From the NCBI GenBank assembly GCA_050746125.1, contig JBOGKX010000052.1, forward strand, positions 9,548 to 73,547: a DNA stretch of 64,000 nt, written 5' to 3'. Origin of the DNA: Terriglobales bacterium. GTDB taxonomy: Bacteria > Acidobacteriota > Terriglobia > Terriglobales > SCQP01. The position numbers were made by a program, and so were the translations under genes. Below the pieces are notes generated by a model. That model saw nothing but the letters and a program-made list of their open reading frames with translations. It ran no database searches and was not told where the DNA came from. Shown here in pieces: positions 8,209-18,438 of this stretch (the stretch's first letter is position 1; each line of letters starts with the position of its first letter).

Positions 8209-10487
8209 GCGCCGCTGACGCTGCAATCAGCCGCCGCCATTTTCTCGAAGGCGTGTTTTCCGCCGGCGCCTTCGTGCTCTGCGCTGGCGCGTTGCCGCGC
8301 GGCGCCTGGGCGGAAATCGTCAATCCCGCCCTGCCGCTGGCGACCACCGCGTTTCATCCCGGCGTCTGGCTCGGCATCGAGCCCGATGGCACGGTGCTAA
8401 TCGTCGCCGCTCGTTCCGAGATGGGCACCGGCATTCGTACCGCCCTGCCGCGCGTCGTCGCCGACGAGCTTGAGGCCGATTGGCGCCGCGTCCGCATCGT
8501 GCAAGCCATCGGCGACGCCAAATACGGCTCGCAAGATACCGACGGCTCGCACTCCATCCGCAGCTTCTTCGAGGTCATGCGCACCGCTGGCGCCACCGCG
8601 CGCACGATGCTGACCCAAGCCGCCGCCCAACGCTGGGGCGTGTCCGCGGAGGAATGTGTAGCCCGCTTTCACGCCGTCCATCGCGGCGCTGCTACCGCCG
8701 GCGGGGATCCCGCCTTGGGATATGGCGAGCTGGCCGCCGCCGCCGCGCGGCTGCCCGTGCCGTCGCGCGAGTCGCTGCGCTTCAAGCCGCGCTCGGCATG
8801 GCGCTACATTGGCAAGGATGCCGCCGCCTACGATCTCGAGGCCATCTGCACCGGTGACGCCGGGTATGGCATGGACGCGCACCTGCCCGGCATGCTATAC
8901 GCCGCCGTCGCCCATCCGCCCGTGCTCGGCGGCAAGGTAGCTTCGTTCGATCCCAAGCCGGCGCTGGCCGTGGCCGGCGTGCGCCGCGTGGTGCCGCTGC
9001 CGCCTTTGCAATTTCCCGCCGCGATGCAGCCGCTCGGCGGCGTGGCGGTGGTTGCCGACAACACCTGGGCTGCCTTTGAGGGCCGGCGCAAGCTGCATGT
9101 CGAATGGAACGATGGCCCTAATGCCAGCTACGACTCCGCCGCTTATCGGCAGCAACTCGAAGCCACCGCCCGCCAGCCCGGCAAGGTCGCGCGCGACAAC
9201 GGCAACGCCTTGGCCGAGCTTGCCGACGGCGGTCGTATCGTCGAAGCCGCCTACTACGCCCCCCATCTGGCCCACGCTTCCATGGAGCCGCCCGTCGCCC
9301 TCGCTGACGTTCGCGACGGCCGCGTCGAGGCTTGGGTGCCGACCCAGGATCCGCAAGGGGCGCAGGAGAGTATTGCCAAGGCGGTCGGCGTGCCCAAGGA
9401 AAACGTCGTTTGCCACGTGCCCTTGCTGGGTGGCGCCTTTGGCCGTAAATCGATGCACGACTTCGCGGTGGAGGCGGCCCTGCTTTCGCAATCCGCCGGC
9501 CGTCCGGTGAAGGTCGTCTGGTCGCGCGAGGACGACATTCGCTTCGATTACTACCACTCCGTTGCCGCCATGGTTTTGCAAGCCAAGCTGGGCGCCAACG
9601 GCATGCCCAGCGCCTGGCTCGGTCGCAGCGTGTTTCCGCCCATCGGTTCGATCTTCAGCGCCGGCGAAGAATATGGCAGTGGCGGCGAGTTGGGCATGGG
9701 CTTCACCGATGTGCCATTCGCCATCCCTAATGTTCGAGTCGAGAACGGTCCCGCCCGCGCCCATCTGCGCATTGGCTGGCTGCGCTCCGTGGCCAATATC
9801 TACCATGCCTTCGCGGTGCAGAGCTTCGCCTGTGAATTGGCCCACGCCGCCGGCCGCGATCCGCTTGAATATCTCCTCGCCCTGCTCGGCCCCGATCGCA
9901 TCGTCGATCCCGCCCTCTTGAGCGTCGCTTACCGCCCCTCTTCGCGCGCCGAGAAAAACCCCTACCCGATCGATATCGCCCGCTATCGCCGCGTCGTCGA
10001 GTTGGCCGCCGAACGGGCCGGCTGGAGCCGGTTCCGGTCCGCGCAGGGGCGCGGCATCGGCCTCGCCGTCCACCGCAGTTTCTTAACCTATGTCGCCACC
10101 GTGGTTCAGGTGCACCTCGACCCACATGGCCATGTGCGCATCGACCGCGTGGATACTGCCCTCGATGCCGGCACCGTGGTTAACCCCATCAACGTCCGCG
10201 CCCAGTTCGAAGGAGCCGCGGTCTTTGGCGCCAGCCTCGCCTTATATGGGGAGATCACCGCGAAGAATGGCGCCGTTGTGCAGTCGAATTTCAACGACTA
10301 TCCCGTCTGCCGCATGAACCAGGCGCCAGCCGAGGTTCACGTGCACATCGTGCCCAGCGAGGCGCCGCCCGCCGGCGTCGGCGAGCCGGGCGTGCCGCCG
10401 TTCGCCCCTGCGCTCTGCAACGCCGTCTTCGCCGCCACCGGCCGGCGCGTGCGCGCCCTGCCGCTCGTCCATGCCGGTTTGGCGTAA
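8205..10487 (+). CDS. molybdopterin-binding large subunit (IorB-like), Tat signal
   Basis: The ATG overlaps the small-subunit stop as ATGA. The N-terminus [29 protein letters not shown] is a twin-arginine signal. The 760-aa body matches the aldehyde oxidase/xanthine dehydrogenase Mo-binding fold pattern. Confidence 0.9.
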   Translation: MSAADAAISRRHFLEGVFSAGAFVLCAGALPRGAWAEIVNPALPLATTAFHPGVWLGIEPDGTVLIVAARSEMGTGIRTALPRVVADELEADWRRVRIVQAIGDAKYGSQDTDGSHSIRSFFEVMRTAGATARTMLTQAAAQRWGVSAEECVARFHAVHRGAATAGGDPALGYGELAAAAARLPVPSRESLRFKPRSAWRYIGKDAAAYDLEAICTGDAGYGMDAHLPGMLYAAVAHPPVLGGKVASFDPKPALAVAGVRRVVPLPPLQFPAAMQPLGGVAVVADNTWAAFEGRRKLHVEWNDGPNASYDSAAYRQQLEATARQPGKVARDNGNALAELADGGRIVEAAYYAPHLAHASMEPPVALADVRDGRVEAWVPTQDPQGAQESIAKAVGVPKENVVCHVPLLGGAFGRKSMHDFAVEAALLSQSAGRPVKVVWSREDDIRFDYYHSVAAMVLQAKLGANGMPSAWLGRSVFPPIGSIFSAGEEYGSGGELGMGFTDVPFAIPNVRVENGPARAHLRIGWLRSVANIYHAFAVQSFACELAHAAGRDPLEYLLALLGPDRIVDPALLSVAYRPSSRAEKNPYPIDIARYRRVVELAAERAGWSRFRSAQGRGIGLAVHRSFLTYVATVVQVHLDPHGHVRIDRVDTALDAGTVVNPINVRAQFEGAAVFGASLALYGEITAKNGAVVQSNFNDYPVCRMNQAPAEVHVHIVPSEAPPAGVGEPGVPPFAPALCNAVFAATGRRVRALPLVHAGLA

Positions 10488-10512
10488 GCGCCATCTGTGG
10501 GAGAATGAGGCC

Positions 10513-11076
10513 ATGAGCATCGGTACGGAGCGCTACCAGAATCTCGACCCGCACGATTACCGGCCGACCGGCGTGCGGCAGGTGTACTACGGTAACGAGC
10601 AGCACGAAGGAGTGATGCTCACGACCATCGATCGCGCCATCAATTGGGTTCGCAAGAACTCCATTTGGCCGATGACCTTCGGTTTGGCTTGTTGCGCCAT
10701 CGAGATGATGGCCATGTCCGCTTCGCGCTTCGATATCGCCCGCTTCGGCGCGGAAGTGTTTCGCCCCTCGCCTCGCCAGTCCGACCTGATCATCATCGCC
10801 GGCCGGGTTTCGCAGAAAATGGCGCCGGTCATTCGCCAGCTTTACGATCAGATGCCGGAGCCGAAATACGCCATCAGTATGGGCGCTTGCGCCACCTCGG
10901 GCGGGGTGTACAACAACTATGCCCTGGTGCAAGGCGTCAACCAGGTGATCCCCATCGACGTTTACGTGCCGGGATGTCCGCCCCGTCCCGAGCAACTGAT
11001 TTACGCGATTTTGATGTTGCAAAAGAAAATCGACAATGAACGCGGCAGCCTCAAGCGGGTCCTCAATCTCTCCTGA
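10513..11076 (+). CDS. nuoB: NADH-quinone oxidoreductase subunit B (NuoB/20-kDa) homolog
   Basis: All N2-cluster cysteine motifs are present ([28 protein letters not shown]). It starts only 25 nt after the iorB-like stop. Confidence 0.9.
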   Translation: MSIGTERYQNLDPHDYRPTGVRQVYYGNEQHEGVMLTTIDRAINWVRKNSIWPMTFGLACCAIEMMAMSASRFDIARFGAEVFRPSPRQSDLIIIAGRVSQKMAPVIRQLYDQMPEPKYAISMGACATSGGVYNNYALVQGVNQVIPIDVYVPGCPPRPEQLIYAILMLQKKIDNERGSLKRVLNLS

Positions 11077-11089
11077 GTCCCTCGGCCTC

Positions 11090-11653
11090 ATGGACCGCGC
11101 CGCCGCTCTCGCGCTCTTGCACGAGCACACGCAATCTCCCAGCCTGCGCAAGCACGCTCTGGCGGTGGAGGCCTGCATGCGGGCGTATGCGCGCCGCTTC
11201 GGCGAAGATGAAGAGCGCTGGGGCATCACCGGTCTCTTGCACGACTTCGATTACGAGCGCTGGCCCGATCCCCCGGACCATCCGCAAAAGGGCAACGAGA
11301 TCCTGGCCCGGCTCGGCTGGCCCGAGGATATCCGCCGCGCCATCCTCTCTCATGCCGATTACATGAACGTGCGGAGAGTTTCGCCCATGGAAAAGAGCCT
11401 GTTCGCTTGCGACGAGCTCGCCGGTTTTCTCACCGCCTGCGCGTTGGTGAAACCGGGCAAGAGCCTGGCCGAGGTCGAGGTCGCCGGCGTCAAGAAAAAG
11501 CTTAAGGACAAAGCCTTCGCACGTTCCGTAAACCGCAGCGACATCTATAGCGGCGCCGAGCATTTGGGCGTGAGCCTGGACGAGCATATCGAAACCTGCC
11601 TGGGCGCCATGCGCGTCACCGCTCCCGCGTTGGGTTTGGCTGGCGCCCTGTAG
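11090..11653 (+). CDS. HD/HDIG-domain metal-dependent phosphohydrolase
   Basis: LRKHALAVEACM...GLLHDFDY...SHADY is the H..HD..D pattern of the HD superfamily. The start was chosen at the ATG just after the nuoB stop. Confidence 0.7.
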   Translation: MDRAAALALLHEHTQSPSLRKHALAVEACMRAYARRFGEDEERWGITGLLHDFDYERWPDPPDHPQKGNEILARLGWPEDIRRAILSHADYMNVRRVSPMEKSLFACDELAGFLTACALVKPGKSLAEVEVAGVKKKLKDKAFARSVNRSDIYSGAEHLGVSLDEHIETCLGAMRVTAPALGLAGAL

Positions 11654-11712
11654 CGCCGGCGGGTATCCGCCTTTGCCGTTTTGTTCCGATTGTCCCGTCT
11701 CGAACGTAATCA

Positions 11713-12195
11713 ATGTGGAGCTTCGAGGAAATCTATCGCGCGGATGTCGAGCGCCTTTTCCGTTATGTCCTGCGGCTGGTGGGAAGCCGCGAAACCGCCG
11801 AAGACATCACGAGCGAGACGTTCATGGCCCTGTATCGCCACCGCGAAGGTGTGACCGACGATCGCTTGCCCGGCTGGCTCTATACCACCGCCAAGAACCG
11901 CGCCCGCGATTACTGGCGCCGCGTGCTAGCGGAACGGCGCCTCGTCGAGCAGGTCCGGGATAATGAATTGACCAGCGCCGCCAAACCGGCATTCTTGGCC
12001 GATCTGATCGAGAGCAAAGCGCTCAAGCCGGTCCATCGCTTGTGCCTGATCTTGCGCTATGTTCATGGCATGACGCGGGCGGAGATCGCCGCCTATACCT
12101 CGCTTAGCGAGTTGCAGATCAAGGGACATTTGCAATACGCCTTGCAGTTGCTGCGCAAGGAAATTGCGAATCGGAGGGTCGCCCGCGGCGACTGA
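11713..12195 (+). CDS. ECF-type RNA polymerase sigma-70 factor
   Basis: 160 aa with sigma region 2 (AEDITSETFMALYRH) and region 4 (LILRYVHGMTRAEIAAYTSLSELQIKGHL). Confidence 0.85.
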   Translation: MWSFEEIYRADVERLFRYVLRLVGSRETAEDITSETFMALYRHREGVTDDRLPGWLYTTAKNRARDYWRRVLAERRLVEQVRDNELTSAAKPAFLADLIESKALKPVHRLCLILRYVHGMTRAEIAAYTSLSELQIKGHLQYALQLLRKEIANRRVARGD

Positions 12196-12204
12196 GGATT
12201 TTCG

Positions 12205-13101
12205 ATGCCGGATCGCAGGCCACCTGATCTCGAGCCGGAGGAAGCCGACCTCTGGCGGCGCATGGCGGTCGAGGTGCGAGGCGCCACCGCCGCCTGCCCC
12301 GATCCTTGCCGCTTGCGCGCTTTTTTGACCGACGCGCTGCCCGACGATCAGGCGCCCGCGGTCGAGAGTCACTTGCGCCATTGCCGCGTCTGTCAGGCTT
12401 TGCGCGACGATTTGGCCGCCCTGGAGCTTCAGCCGATGGCCGAGGGCGAAGCGTGGCGCATTCACGATCGCGTCTTCGCCGCGATCAAGCCCGCAGCCGC
12501 CCGGCCCGCCTGGAGGCCGCTGTGGCGCCCTATTCTTTTGGTGGCCGTCGGCTTGATCTTCGCGATGGCCGTCAGCGTGATCGTCTGGCGCCTCGAGGCC
12601 ACTCGCCTCTCGCCGGCCGTGGCCGCGCTGCCCGCTGCGCCCGCCTCGCTTACCGTCTTCCACCTCGATAAGCCGCCCGTCTCGTTGCCGGCGGCGCTAA
12701 TTTGGCGCGGGACCCAGCTCTCGTCCTGGCAAGTGCAAATCAAGCCGGCCCTCGATGCCTATCGCGATGGCCGCTATGCCGACGCCGAATCCCGCTTGGC
12801 CCCCGTGGTTAGCCGTTTCCCACGCCAACCGGAGCCGCTTTTCTACCTCGGCGTCTGCCAGCTCTTCCTCGGCCAAAACAATGCCGCTGCCGCTAGCCTG
12901 GGCCGCGCTAGCGTTCTGGCGACGGGCTCGTTGCGGCAGAACGCCGATTGGTATCGCGCCCTTGCGTGGGTTCGCGCCGGCCAGAGCCAAGCCGCCTTGC
13001 CGCTGCTCAAAGGTCTGTGCTCCTCGGCCGGGCTTTACGCTACGCGCGCCTGCCAAGGCGTCCAAGCCCTCGCCACCGGTCCGAAGCAATCGATGCACTA
13101 G
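12205..13101 (+). CDS. anti-sigma factor (zf-HC2) with one TM helix and TPR-like periplasmic domain
   Basis: It starts 10 nt after the sigma gene. It has the HLRHCRVCQ zinc-finger motif, the TM helix ILLVAVGLIFAMAVSVIVW and a C-terminal helical repeat region. Confidence 0.7.
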   Translation: MPDRRPPDLEPEEADLWRRMAVEVRGATAACPDPCRLRAFLTDALPDDQAPAVESHLRHCRVCQALRDDLAALELQPMAEGEAWRIHDRVFAAIKPAAARPAWRPLWRPILLVAVGLIFAMAVSVIVWRLEATRLSPAVAALPAAPASLTVFHLDKPPVSLPAALIWRGTQLSSWQVQIKPALDAYRDGRYADAESRLAPVVSRFPRQPEPLFYLGVCQLFLGQNNAAAASLGRASVLATGSLRQNADWYRALAWVRAGQSQAALPLLKGLCSSAGLYATRACQGVQALATGPKQSMH

Positions 13102-13114
13102 CCGCCCCCCTAGG

Positions 13115-14791
13115 CTACCAGTGCAGCTCCGCCGCGTTCCACAACAGGTGGGGAGCCAGCACCGCCGGGCGTACGCCCTGAAGATCGGTTTTCGCCGCCA
13201 CGAGCACGTCCGGCGCCACTAGCGGGATCAGCGGCAACTCCTGGCGCTCGATGGCTTGCATTTGGCGATAGATTCGCAATCGCGCCGGCGCATCGAGGGT
13301 CGTCAGCTGCTTGGCAAAGAGCCGATCCAGGCGTTGCGCCCACGGGCGCGGGTGCCGGGGATCCAAATCCCACGCGTGCAGGGCTCCGTCGAGCTTCCAA
13401 ATCGCTGCCTCCACGTTGGGATCGGCGTCCGGAAAGGCCAGGCCCAGCAACGCCGCGTCGTAGTCGCGACGGTGCAGCAAGCGATCGACGTAGCTGCTGA
13501 AGTCGAGCGGCACGACCGTCACGGCGATTCCCGCCTGCCGCAAATCTTCCTGAATGAATACCGCGATCTTGCCGCGTTGTGCGTTGCTGGCGGGCAGGAT
13601 CAACGAGAAAGCCACGGGCCGGTTGCTGGCGTCATAAAGCGTCGCGCCTCGGTAATGGAATCCCGCGGCCAGGAAGTCGCGGCGCGCCGCGCCTAAGTCG
13701 CGGCGTGGCGCCGGGCGCCCGTCGGCCCAGCCCCGTTCCGCCGGACTGGTTAGCGTGTCGAGGCCGCAGGCGCGCCCGGCGTAGACGTTCTCCGCCAGAT
13801 TGGCCCGGTCGATCGCCGCCGAAACGCCCTGCCGAAATTCCCTCCGCTCGAACCAACTCTGCCGCCGTTTCAAGTCCGCGTTCGTGACCGCTTCATTCAA
13901 ATTAAAGAGCATCGTCTCCGGTTGCAGGCTGGCGCCCGCATCGAAGACATGGACCTGGCGGCGGCGGGCCAGCAGCGGTAAATCCTCGGTTCGCACCGTC
14001 TCGAGCCCATCGACTTCACCGCGCAAGAACAGCGCGGTTTGCAAATTAGGGTCGGGTACGATGCTGAGCCGCACTTCGTCGAGGTAGGGAAGATGCCGCC
14101 CGCTCGCATCGCGCCGCCAATAGAAGGTGTTCCGCCGCAGCACCACCGCTCGCGCCGGCTGGTATTCGCTCAGCCGGTAGGGACCCAGCCCGGTGATTTC
14201 GTCGGCGGCGCTGCCGAGCCCCCATGCGTCGGCCAAACGGCCGCTGCGGAAAGCGGCATCCAGTTTGTGCTTCGGAAGCATCCAGAGGCTGTCGAAAAGG
14301 CGATCGCCGACGGCATCGGGCGAGGGCAGGTCGATCTCCACCGTCGTGGCGTTGAGCGCTTTCGCGCGGATGGGCCGTCCGCCCAGCAGCAACAAATCGC
14401 GCTGCGGCGCCGCCAATTTGGCATCCGTATAAACCTCGAAGCTGAACACCACGTCGGCGGCGGTAAACGGGACGCCGTCGCTAAAGCGCAGGCCCGGCCG
14501 CAACTCCACGCGCCAGCGCAGGGGCGTTTCGTGGACCACGCGTTCCGCCAGTGCCGGCTCGACCTGCTCGGTAACCGGATTGATGTGCATCAGGTCGGCC
14601 ATGGTCAAGCTCGCGGTCAGGCGGGATACGTTGTCTTGCGCGAAGACGGGGTTGAAGGTCAGCGGCGCTGACGATTCGGGAATATTGATCGCGCCGCCCC
14701 GGCTGGGCGGCTGCGCCGGCGCCAGCCACGCGGTCGCGGCGGCGAGCGCCACCAGTGCGGCGGCCCGTCTGCCTCTGCCGGCCCTCGCCAT
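13115..14791 (-). CDS. ABC transporter substrate-binding protein, family 5 (peptide/nickel type)
   Basis: 558 aa from MARAGRGRRAAALVALAAATAWLAPA (signal peptide). The body matches the SBP_bac_5 pattern. The longer upstream extension was rejected. Confidence 0.85.
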   Translation of the reverse strand: MARAGRGRRAAALVALAAATAWLAPAQPPSRGGAINIPESSAPLTFNPVFAQDNVSRLTASLTMADLMHINPVTEQVEPALAERVVHETPLRWRVELRPGLRFSDGVPFTAADVVFSFEVYTDAKLAAPQRDLLLLGGRPIRAKALNATTVEIDLPSPDAVGDRLFDSLWMLPKHKLDAAFRSGRLADAWGLGSAADEITGLGPYRLSEYQPARAVVLRRNTFYWRRDASGRHLPYLDEVRLSIVPDPNLQTALFLRGEVDGLETVRTEDLPLLARRRQVHVFDAGASLQPETMLFNLNEAVTNADLKRRQSWFERREFRQGVSAAIDRANLAENVYAGRACGLDTLTSPAERGWADGRPAPRRDLGAARRDFLAAGFHYRGATLYDASNRPVAFSLILPASNAQRGKIAVFIQEDLRQAGIAVTVVPLDFSSYVDRLLHRRDYDAALLGLAFPDADPNVEAAIWKLDGALHAWDLDPRHPRPWAQRLDRLFAKQLTTLDAPARLRIYRQMQAIERQELPLIPLVAPDVLVAAKTDLQGVRPAVLAPHLLWNAAELHW

Positions 14792-14852
14792 GTGGCGCCA
14801 ACTGCTTGGCGGCCCGGATTCGCCTCCTGCTATGCTGGCTTCACTCTTTGTC

Positions 14853-15812
14853 ATGTGGTCTTGGCGCATACGCCGGTGCGCAGTCCGGCTCACGGCCCTG
14901 CTGGCGACGATCATCGCATCATTGCTCATTTGTTTTGGCCTGTCGGCGCTGACCCCCGGCGACGCCTTCAGCCAGTTGGAGCTCGACCCGGCAATTTCGC
15001 CCGCCACTATAGCCGCTCTGCGCGCGCGCTATGACAGCGGGGGCTCGATCGCCGCCCGTTTCGAAGCCTGGTCCACGGGGCTGGCGCGCGGCGATCTCGG
15101 CTATTCGCTTGCCTTTCACCGCCCCGTGGCCCAATTGCTGCGCGACCGCGCGCCGGCCACCTTGCGGTTGCTGCTGCTGGCCTTCGCGCTGGCCTGGGTC
15201 TTGGCGCTGGCCTGGGCGCTGGGCGAAGCCGGTTTGGCGCGTTCGCGGCTGGGAACCGCGCTGCATGCATGCGGAGGGTTCCTCGCGTCCGCCTGGTCCT
15301 CGTTGCCGGTCGGCTTTGTCGCCATCGTGGCCCTGTTGGTGGCGCCGCTGGCTTGGCTGGCGGGCGCGGCCGGCGCCAGCGGGTCCGGCGCGGACTGGCC
15401 TTGGCTGGCGGCGACGGTGCTGGCTTGTGAATTCATTCCCGCGCTCTACCTGCAGGCCGCGCATGCCTTGCAGTCGGTGCTTGCCCAGCCCTTTGTCACC
15501 GCTGCGCGCGCTCGCGGCCAGAGCTTTCGCCGCGTGCTATTGAGCCATGTGTTGCCGAATAGCCTGGATACGCTCATTCCCTTGGCATCGTTGACTGTGA
15601 CCCAGCTTTTGGTGGACACGGTCATTGTCGAGACTCTTCTCGGCTGGCCTGGACTCGGTCAACTGGCGGTGGAGGCGGCCGCCCGGCGCGACCTGCCCTT
15701 GCTGTCGGCGATCGTCCTGCTTACCACCTTGCTTGTGATCGCCACGAGCGTGGTCTCCGATTTGCTGCAAGCATGGGCCAACCCTCGCTTGCGGGAAGCG
15801 ACGGAAACTTGA
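14853..15812 (+). CDS. ABC transporter permease (DppB/OppB-like)
   Basis: MWSWRIRRCAVRLTALLATII...LTPGDAFSQLE resembles a DppB N-terminus, and the protein has 6 TM helices. The start could instead be the ATG at 14832. Confidence 0.8.
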   Translation: MWSWRIRRCAVRLTALLATIIASLLICFGLSALTPGDAFSQLELDPAISPATIAALRARYDSGGSIAARFEAWSTGLARGDLGYSLAFHRPVAQLLRDRAPATLRLLLLAFALAWVLALAWALGEAGLARSRLGTALHACGGFLASAWSSLPVGFVAIVALLVAPLAWLAGAAGASGSGADWPWLAATVLACEFIPALYLQAAHALQSVLAQPFVTAARARGQSFRRVLLSHVLPNSLDTLIPLASLTVTQLLVDTVIVETLLGWPGLGQLAVEAAARRDLPLLSAIVLLTTLLVIATSVVSDLLQAWANPRLREATET

Positions 15813-16681
15813 TGTTGCGCTCGCGCCGCTTTTGGGCGCTCCTCGCCGTCGGCCTTTGGGGGCTGCTGGCGCTCCTCGGCCCGGCTCTGGCTCCATACAA
15901 CTTCGCCCGCCAAGATCGCGCCGCCATCCTGCTCGCTCCCTGTCGCCACTGCGAGGCCACCTTGCACCCCGCCGGCGGCAGCTTGGAAGCCGTCGCGCTC
16001 GGACCGCATTGGCTGGGAACCGACGAATACGGGCGTGACGAGTTTTCCCGGTTGCTTGTAGCCTGCCGGGTTTCGCTGCTGCTTTCTCTCGCGATGGCTC
16101 TGCTCGCCTTGGTGCTTGCCCTGCCCGCCGCCCTGCTCTCGGCCGCCTACGCCAGCGGCGATGGCGTGCTGCGCTGGCTGGGCGAAGTCACCCGCAGCCT
16201 GCCCTGGATCTTTGTGTTGGTCGCGGTGCGCGCCGCGCTGCCTCTCGACTCTCCGCGCCTCGTGGTGCTGGCGGCGCTGGTGATCCTTTTCGCCGCCGGC
16301 TCGTGGGCGGTGCCGGCATGGGTGTTGCGCGGCGCGGCGCGCGACCTGCTGCGGCGCGATTTCGTCACCGCCGCGCGCGCCATGGGGGCCGGACGCGTTT
16401 ATATCTTGCGGCGCCATATCCTCCCCAACCTCGGGCCGCTCGCCGCGACCTATTTCGCGCTGCTCTTCGCGGCGGCCGCTACTGTCGAAGTTAGCCTCTC
16501 GCTGGTCGGGCTGGGCGTGCCGCCGCCGCTGCCCAGTTGGGGCAACATGCTGCTGCCGCTCAAGGATATTGCTTTGGCCGGGCAAGCTTGGTGGCTCTAT
16601 TGCCCGCTTTTGGTGCTGGTGCCGGTCGTGACCTGCCTCAACCTTTACGCCTTTGCCCAAGCACGCCAGAGGAGCGCCTGA
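15812..16681 (+). CDS. ABC transporter permease (DppC/OppC-like)
   Basis: The ATG overlaps the previous stop (TGATG). It has multi-TM BPD_transp_1-like sequence. Confidence 0.85.
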   Translation: MLRSRRFWALLAVGLWGLLALLGPALAPYNFARQDRAAILLAPCRHCEATLHPAGGSLEAVALGPHWLGTDEYGRDEFSRLLVACRVSLLLSLAMALLALVLALPAALLSAAYASGDGVLRWLGEVTRSLPWIFVLVAVRAALPLDSPRLVVLAALVILFAAGSWAVPAWVLRGAARDLLRRDFVTAARAMGAGRVYILRRHILPNLGPLAATYFALLFAAAATVEVSLSLVGLGVPPPLPSWGNMLLPLKDIALAGQAWWLYCPLLVLVPVVTCLNLYAFAQARQRSA

Positions 16682-16682
16682 C

Positions 16683-17528
16683 ATGGCTGCGGCGCCGCGG
16701 TTGCAGGTCGAGCATTTCAGCATCGAGATCGGTCGGCGGCGAATCGTGGACGACCTCGCCTTTGCAATCGCCGCCGATTCCGTGGTGGCCCTGGTCGGCG
16801 AGTCGGGGAGCGGCAAGTCGCTCACCGCACTGGGCTTGCTCGGCTTGCTGCCGCCCGCGGCTCGCGCCCGCGGCGCGGCCCACTTCTGCGCGGGCGAAGC
16901 GGCACAAAAGGTGGACCTATTGCAGGCCGGCGAACCCGTGCTGCGCGGCTTGCGCGGCGATCAAATCGCCTGGGTGCCGCAGGAATCGCTCGCCGCGCTC
17001 GATCCCCGACAAACCATCGGCGCGCAGTTGCGCGAAGCGTTGGGAAAATGCCGCGGCTGGGGGCGCGGCGAGTCGCGCCGCCAGATGCTCGCCATGCTGG
17101 CCGAATTAGGACTGGCGGATCCCGAGCGCTGCCTGGTCAGCTACCCGTTTCAACTCTCCGGTGGCGAGCGCCAGCGCGTGCTGATTGCCATGGCTCTGCT
17201 GCCCCGGCCGCGCTTGCTGATTGCCGACGAGCCCACCACGGCGCTTGACGTCAGCGTGCAAGCGCGCGTGTTGCATTATCTGCGCGCCGCGCATGCGCTG
17301 CTGGACTGCGCCATGCTTTTCATCACTCACGATCTGGGGGTGGCCGCCGCCTTGGCCGACTGGATCGTGGTGCTCAAGGCGGGACGACTGGTCGAAGCCG
17401 GTCCTGCCGGCCAACTCCTGTCCCAGCCGGTGCAGGAATACACGCGTGCGCTGCTGGCCGCGGTGCCCACATTGCCGGTTCGCCGACAACCCGCCACTGA
17501 TGGCGCGGGCGCGGAGATGGGTTCGTGA
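16683..17528 (+). CDS. ABC transporter ATP-binding protein (DppD-like)
   Basis: Walker A GESGSGKS, signature LSGGERQR and Walker [13 protein letters not shown]. Confidence 0.9.
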   Translation: MAAAPRLQVEHFSIEIGRRRIVDDLAFAIAADSVVALVGESGSGKSLTALGLLGLLPPAARARGAAHFCAGEAAQKVDLLQAGEPVLRGLRGDQIAWVPQESLAALDPRQTIGAQLREALGKCRGWGRGESRRQMLAMLAELGLADPERCLVSYPFQLSGGERQRVLIAMALLPRPRLLIADEPTTALDVSVQARVLHYLRAAHALLDCAMLFITHDLGVAAALADWIVVLKAGRLVEAGPAGQLLSQPVQEYTRALLAAVPTLPVRRQPATDGAGAEMGS

Positions 17529-18304
17529 CCGCCGTATTGGAATTTCGCGGCGTCAGCAAGACTTTACGGGCGGGCACTCGGCGAGTGCGCGCGTTGCGCG
17601 ACGTTTCGCTGGCGGTCGCGGCAGGCGAGACTCTCGCGGTGGTCGGCGAATCCGGCGGCGGCAAGACTACGCTCGGTCGGCTGGCGCTCGGGTTGCTCGC
17701 GCCGGATGACGGAGACGTGCTTCTGGCCGGCAAAGACTGGTTTGCTCTTTCGCCGGCAGCCCGCCGCCGCTGCCTCCGCCCGCAGGCGATTTTTCAAGAT
17801 CCGGATACGTCGCTGAATCCGCGCTGGCGTGCCTTTGAAATCGTCACCGAGGCCTTGCGGCTGGCTCCTCGAGACGGCGCCGCTAGCCGCTCGCTGCCGA
17901 CCGCCTCCTCCTTGCTTGAAATGGTCGGCCTCGACCCCGCTTGCGCCCGCAGCTTTCCCCACCAACTCAGCGGCGGCCAGCGCCAACGCTTGGCCATTGC
18001 CCGCGCCATCGCCCCGCGGCCGCCCTTGATTGTCGCTGACGAGCCTCTCGCGTCCCTCGACGTGGTGACTGCGGCCCATATTCTTGCGCTGCTGCGGCGG
18101 TTGAAAAATGATCTGGGCACTGCCTTTCTTTTCATCTCGCACCACTTGGCCTGGGTGTCCGAAATCGCGGACCGGATCGCGGTTTTGCAGCGGGGTGAAC
18201 TGGTCGAGTGCGCCCCCGCATCGCGGTTGTTGTCCGCCCCCCAGCACCCCTACACCCGGCAACTCGTCGCCGCTAGCCCGCTGCCGCTAACCAACAGAAT
18301 CTGA
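17525..18304 (+). CDS. ABC transporter ATP-binding protein (DppF-like)
   Basis: The GTG start overlaps the previous stop (GTGA). It has Walker A GESGGGKT, signature LSGGQRQR and Walker B LIVADEPLASLD. Confidence 0.9.
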   Translation: MTAVLEFRGVSKTLRAGTRRVRALRDVSLAVAAGETLAVVGESGGGKTTLGRLALGLLAPDDGDVLLAGKDWFALSPAARRRCLRPQAIFQDPDTSLNPRWRAFEIVTEALRLAPRDGAASRSLPTASSLLEMVGLDPACARSFPHQLSGGQRQRLAIARAIAPRPPLIVADEPLASLDVVTAAHILALLRRLKNDLGTAFLFISHHLAWVSEIADRIAVLQRGELVECAPASRLLSAPQHPYTRQLVAASPLPLTNRI

Positions 18305-18438
18305 ACCGCTTGTGTTCATGCCGCAGGGTGGTGGCCATGTGCCTCTTACCTGTCCGTTACCTGTACCAAATAGTAGGTCGCCCACTTTCCCTGTCCAGGT
18401 AAACTGAAAGCGGTTGCTCTCCCCCCAGAACGGCAGCT

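Noticed and set aside
14791-14853. Divergent arrangement of the ABC substrate-binding gene and its permease genes, about 60 nt apart
   Set aside because: This is uncommon but not remarkable. It probably reflects a shared bidirectional promoter, and nothing further is visible in the sequence.
15659-16825. 388-aa minus-strand ORF
   Set aside because: It is antisense to the ABC permease genes, with Arg/Gly/Gln-rich composition and no domain pattern.
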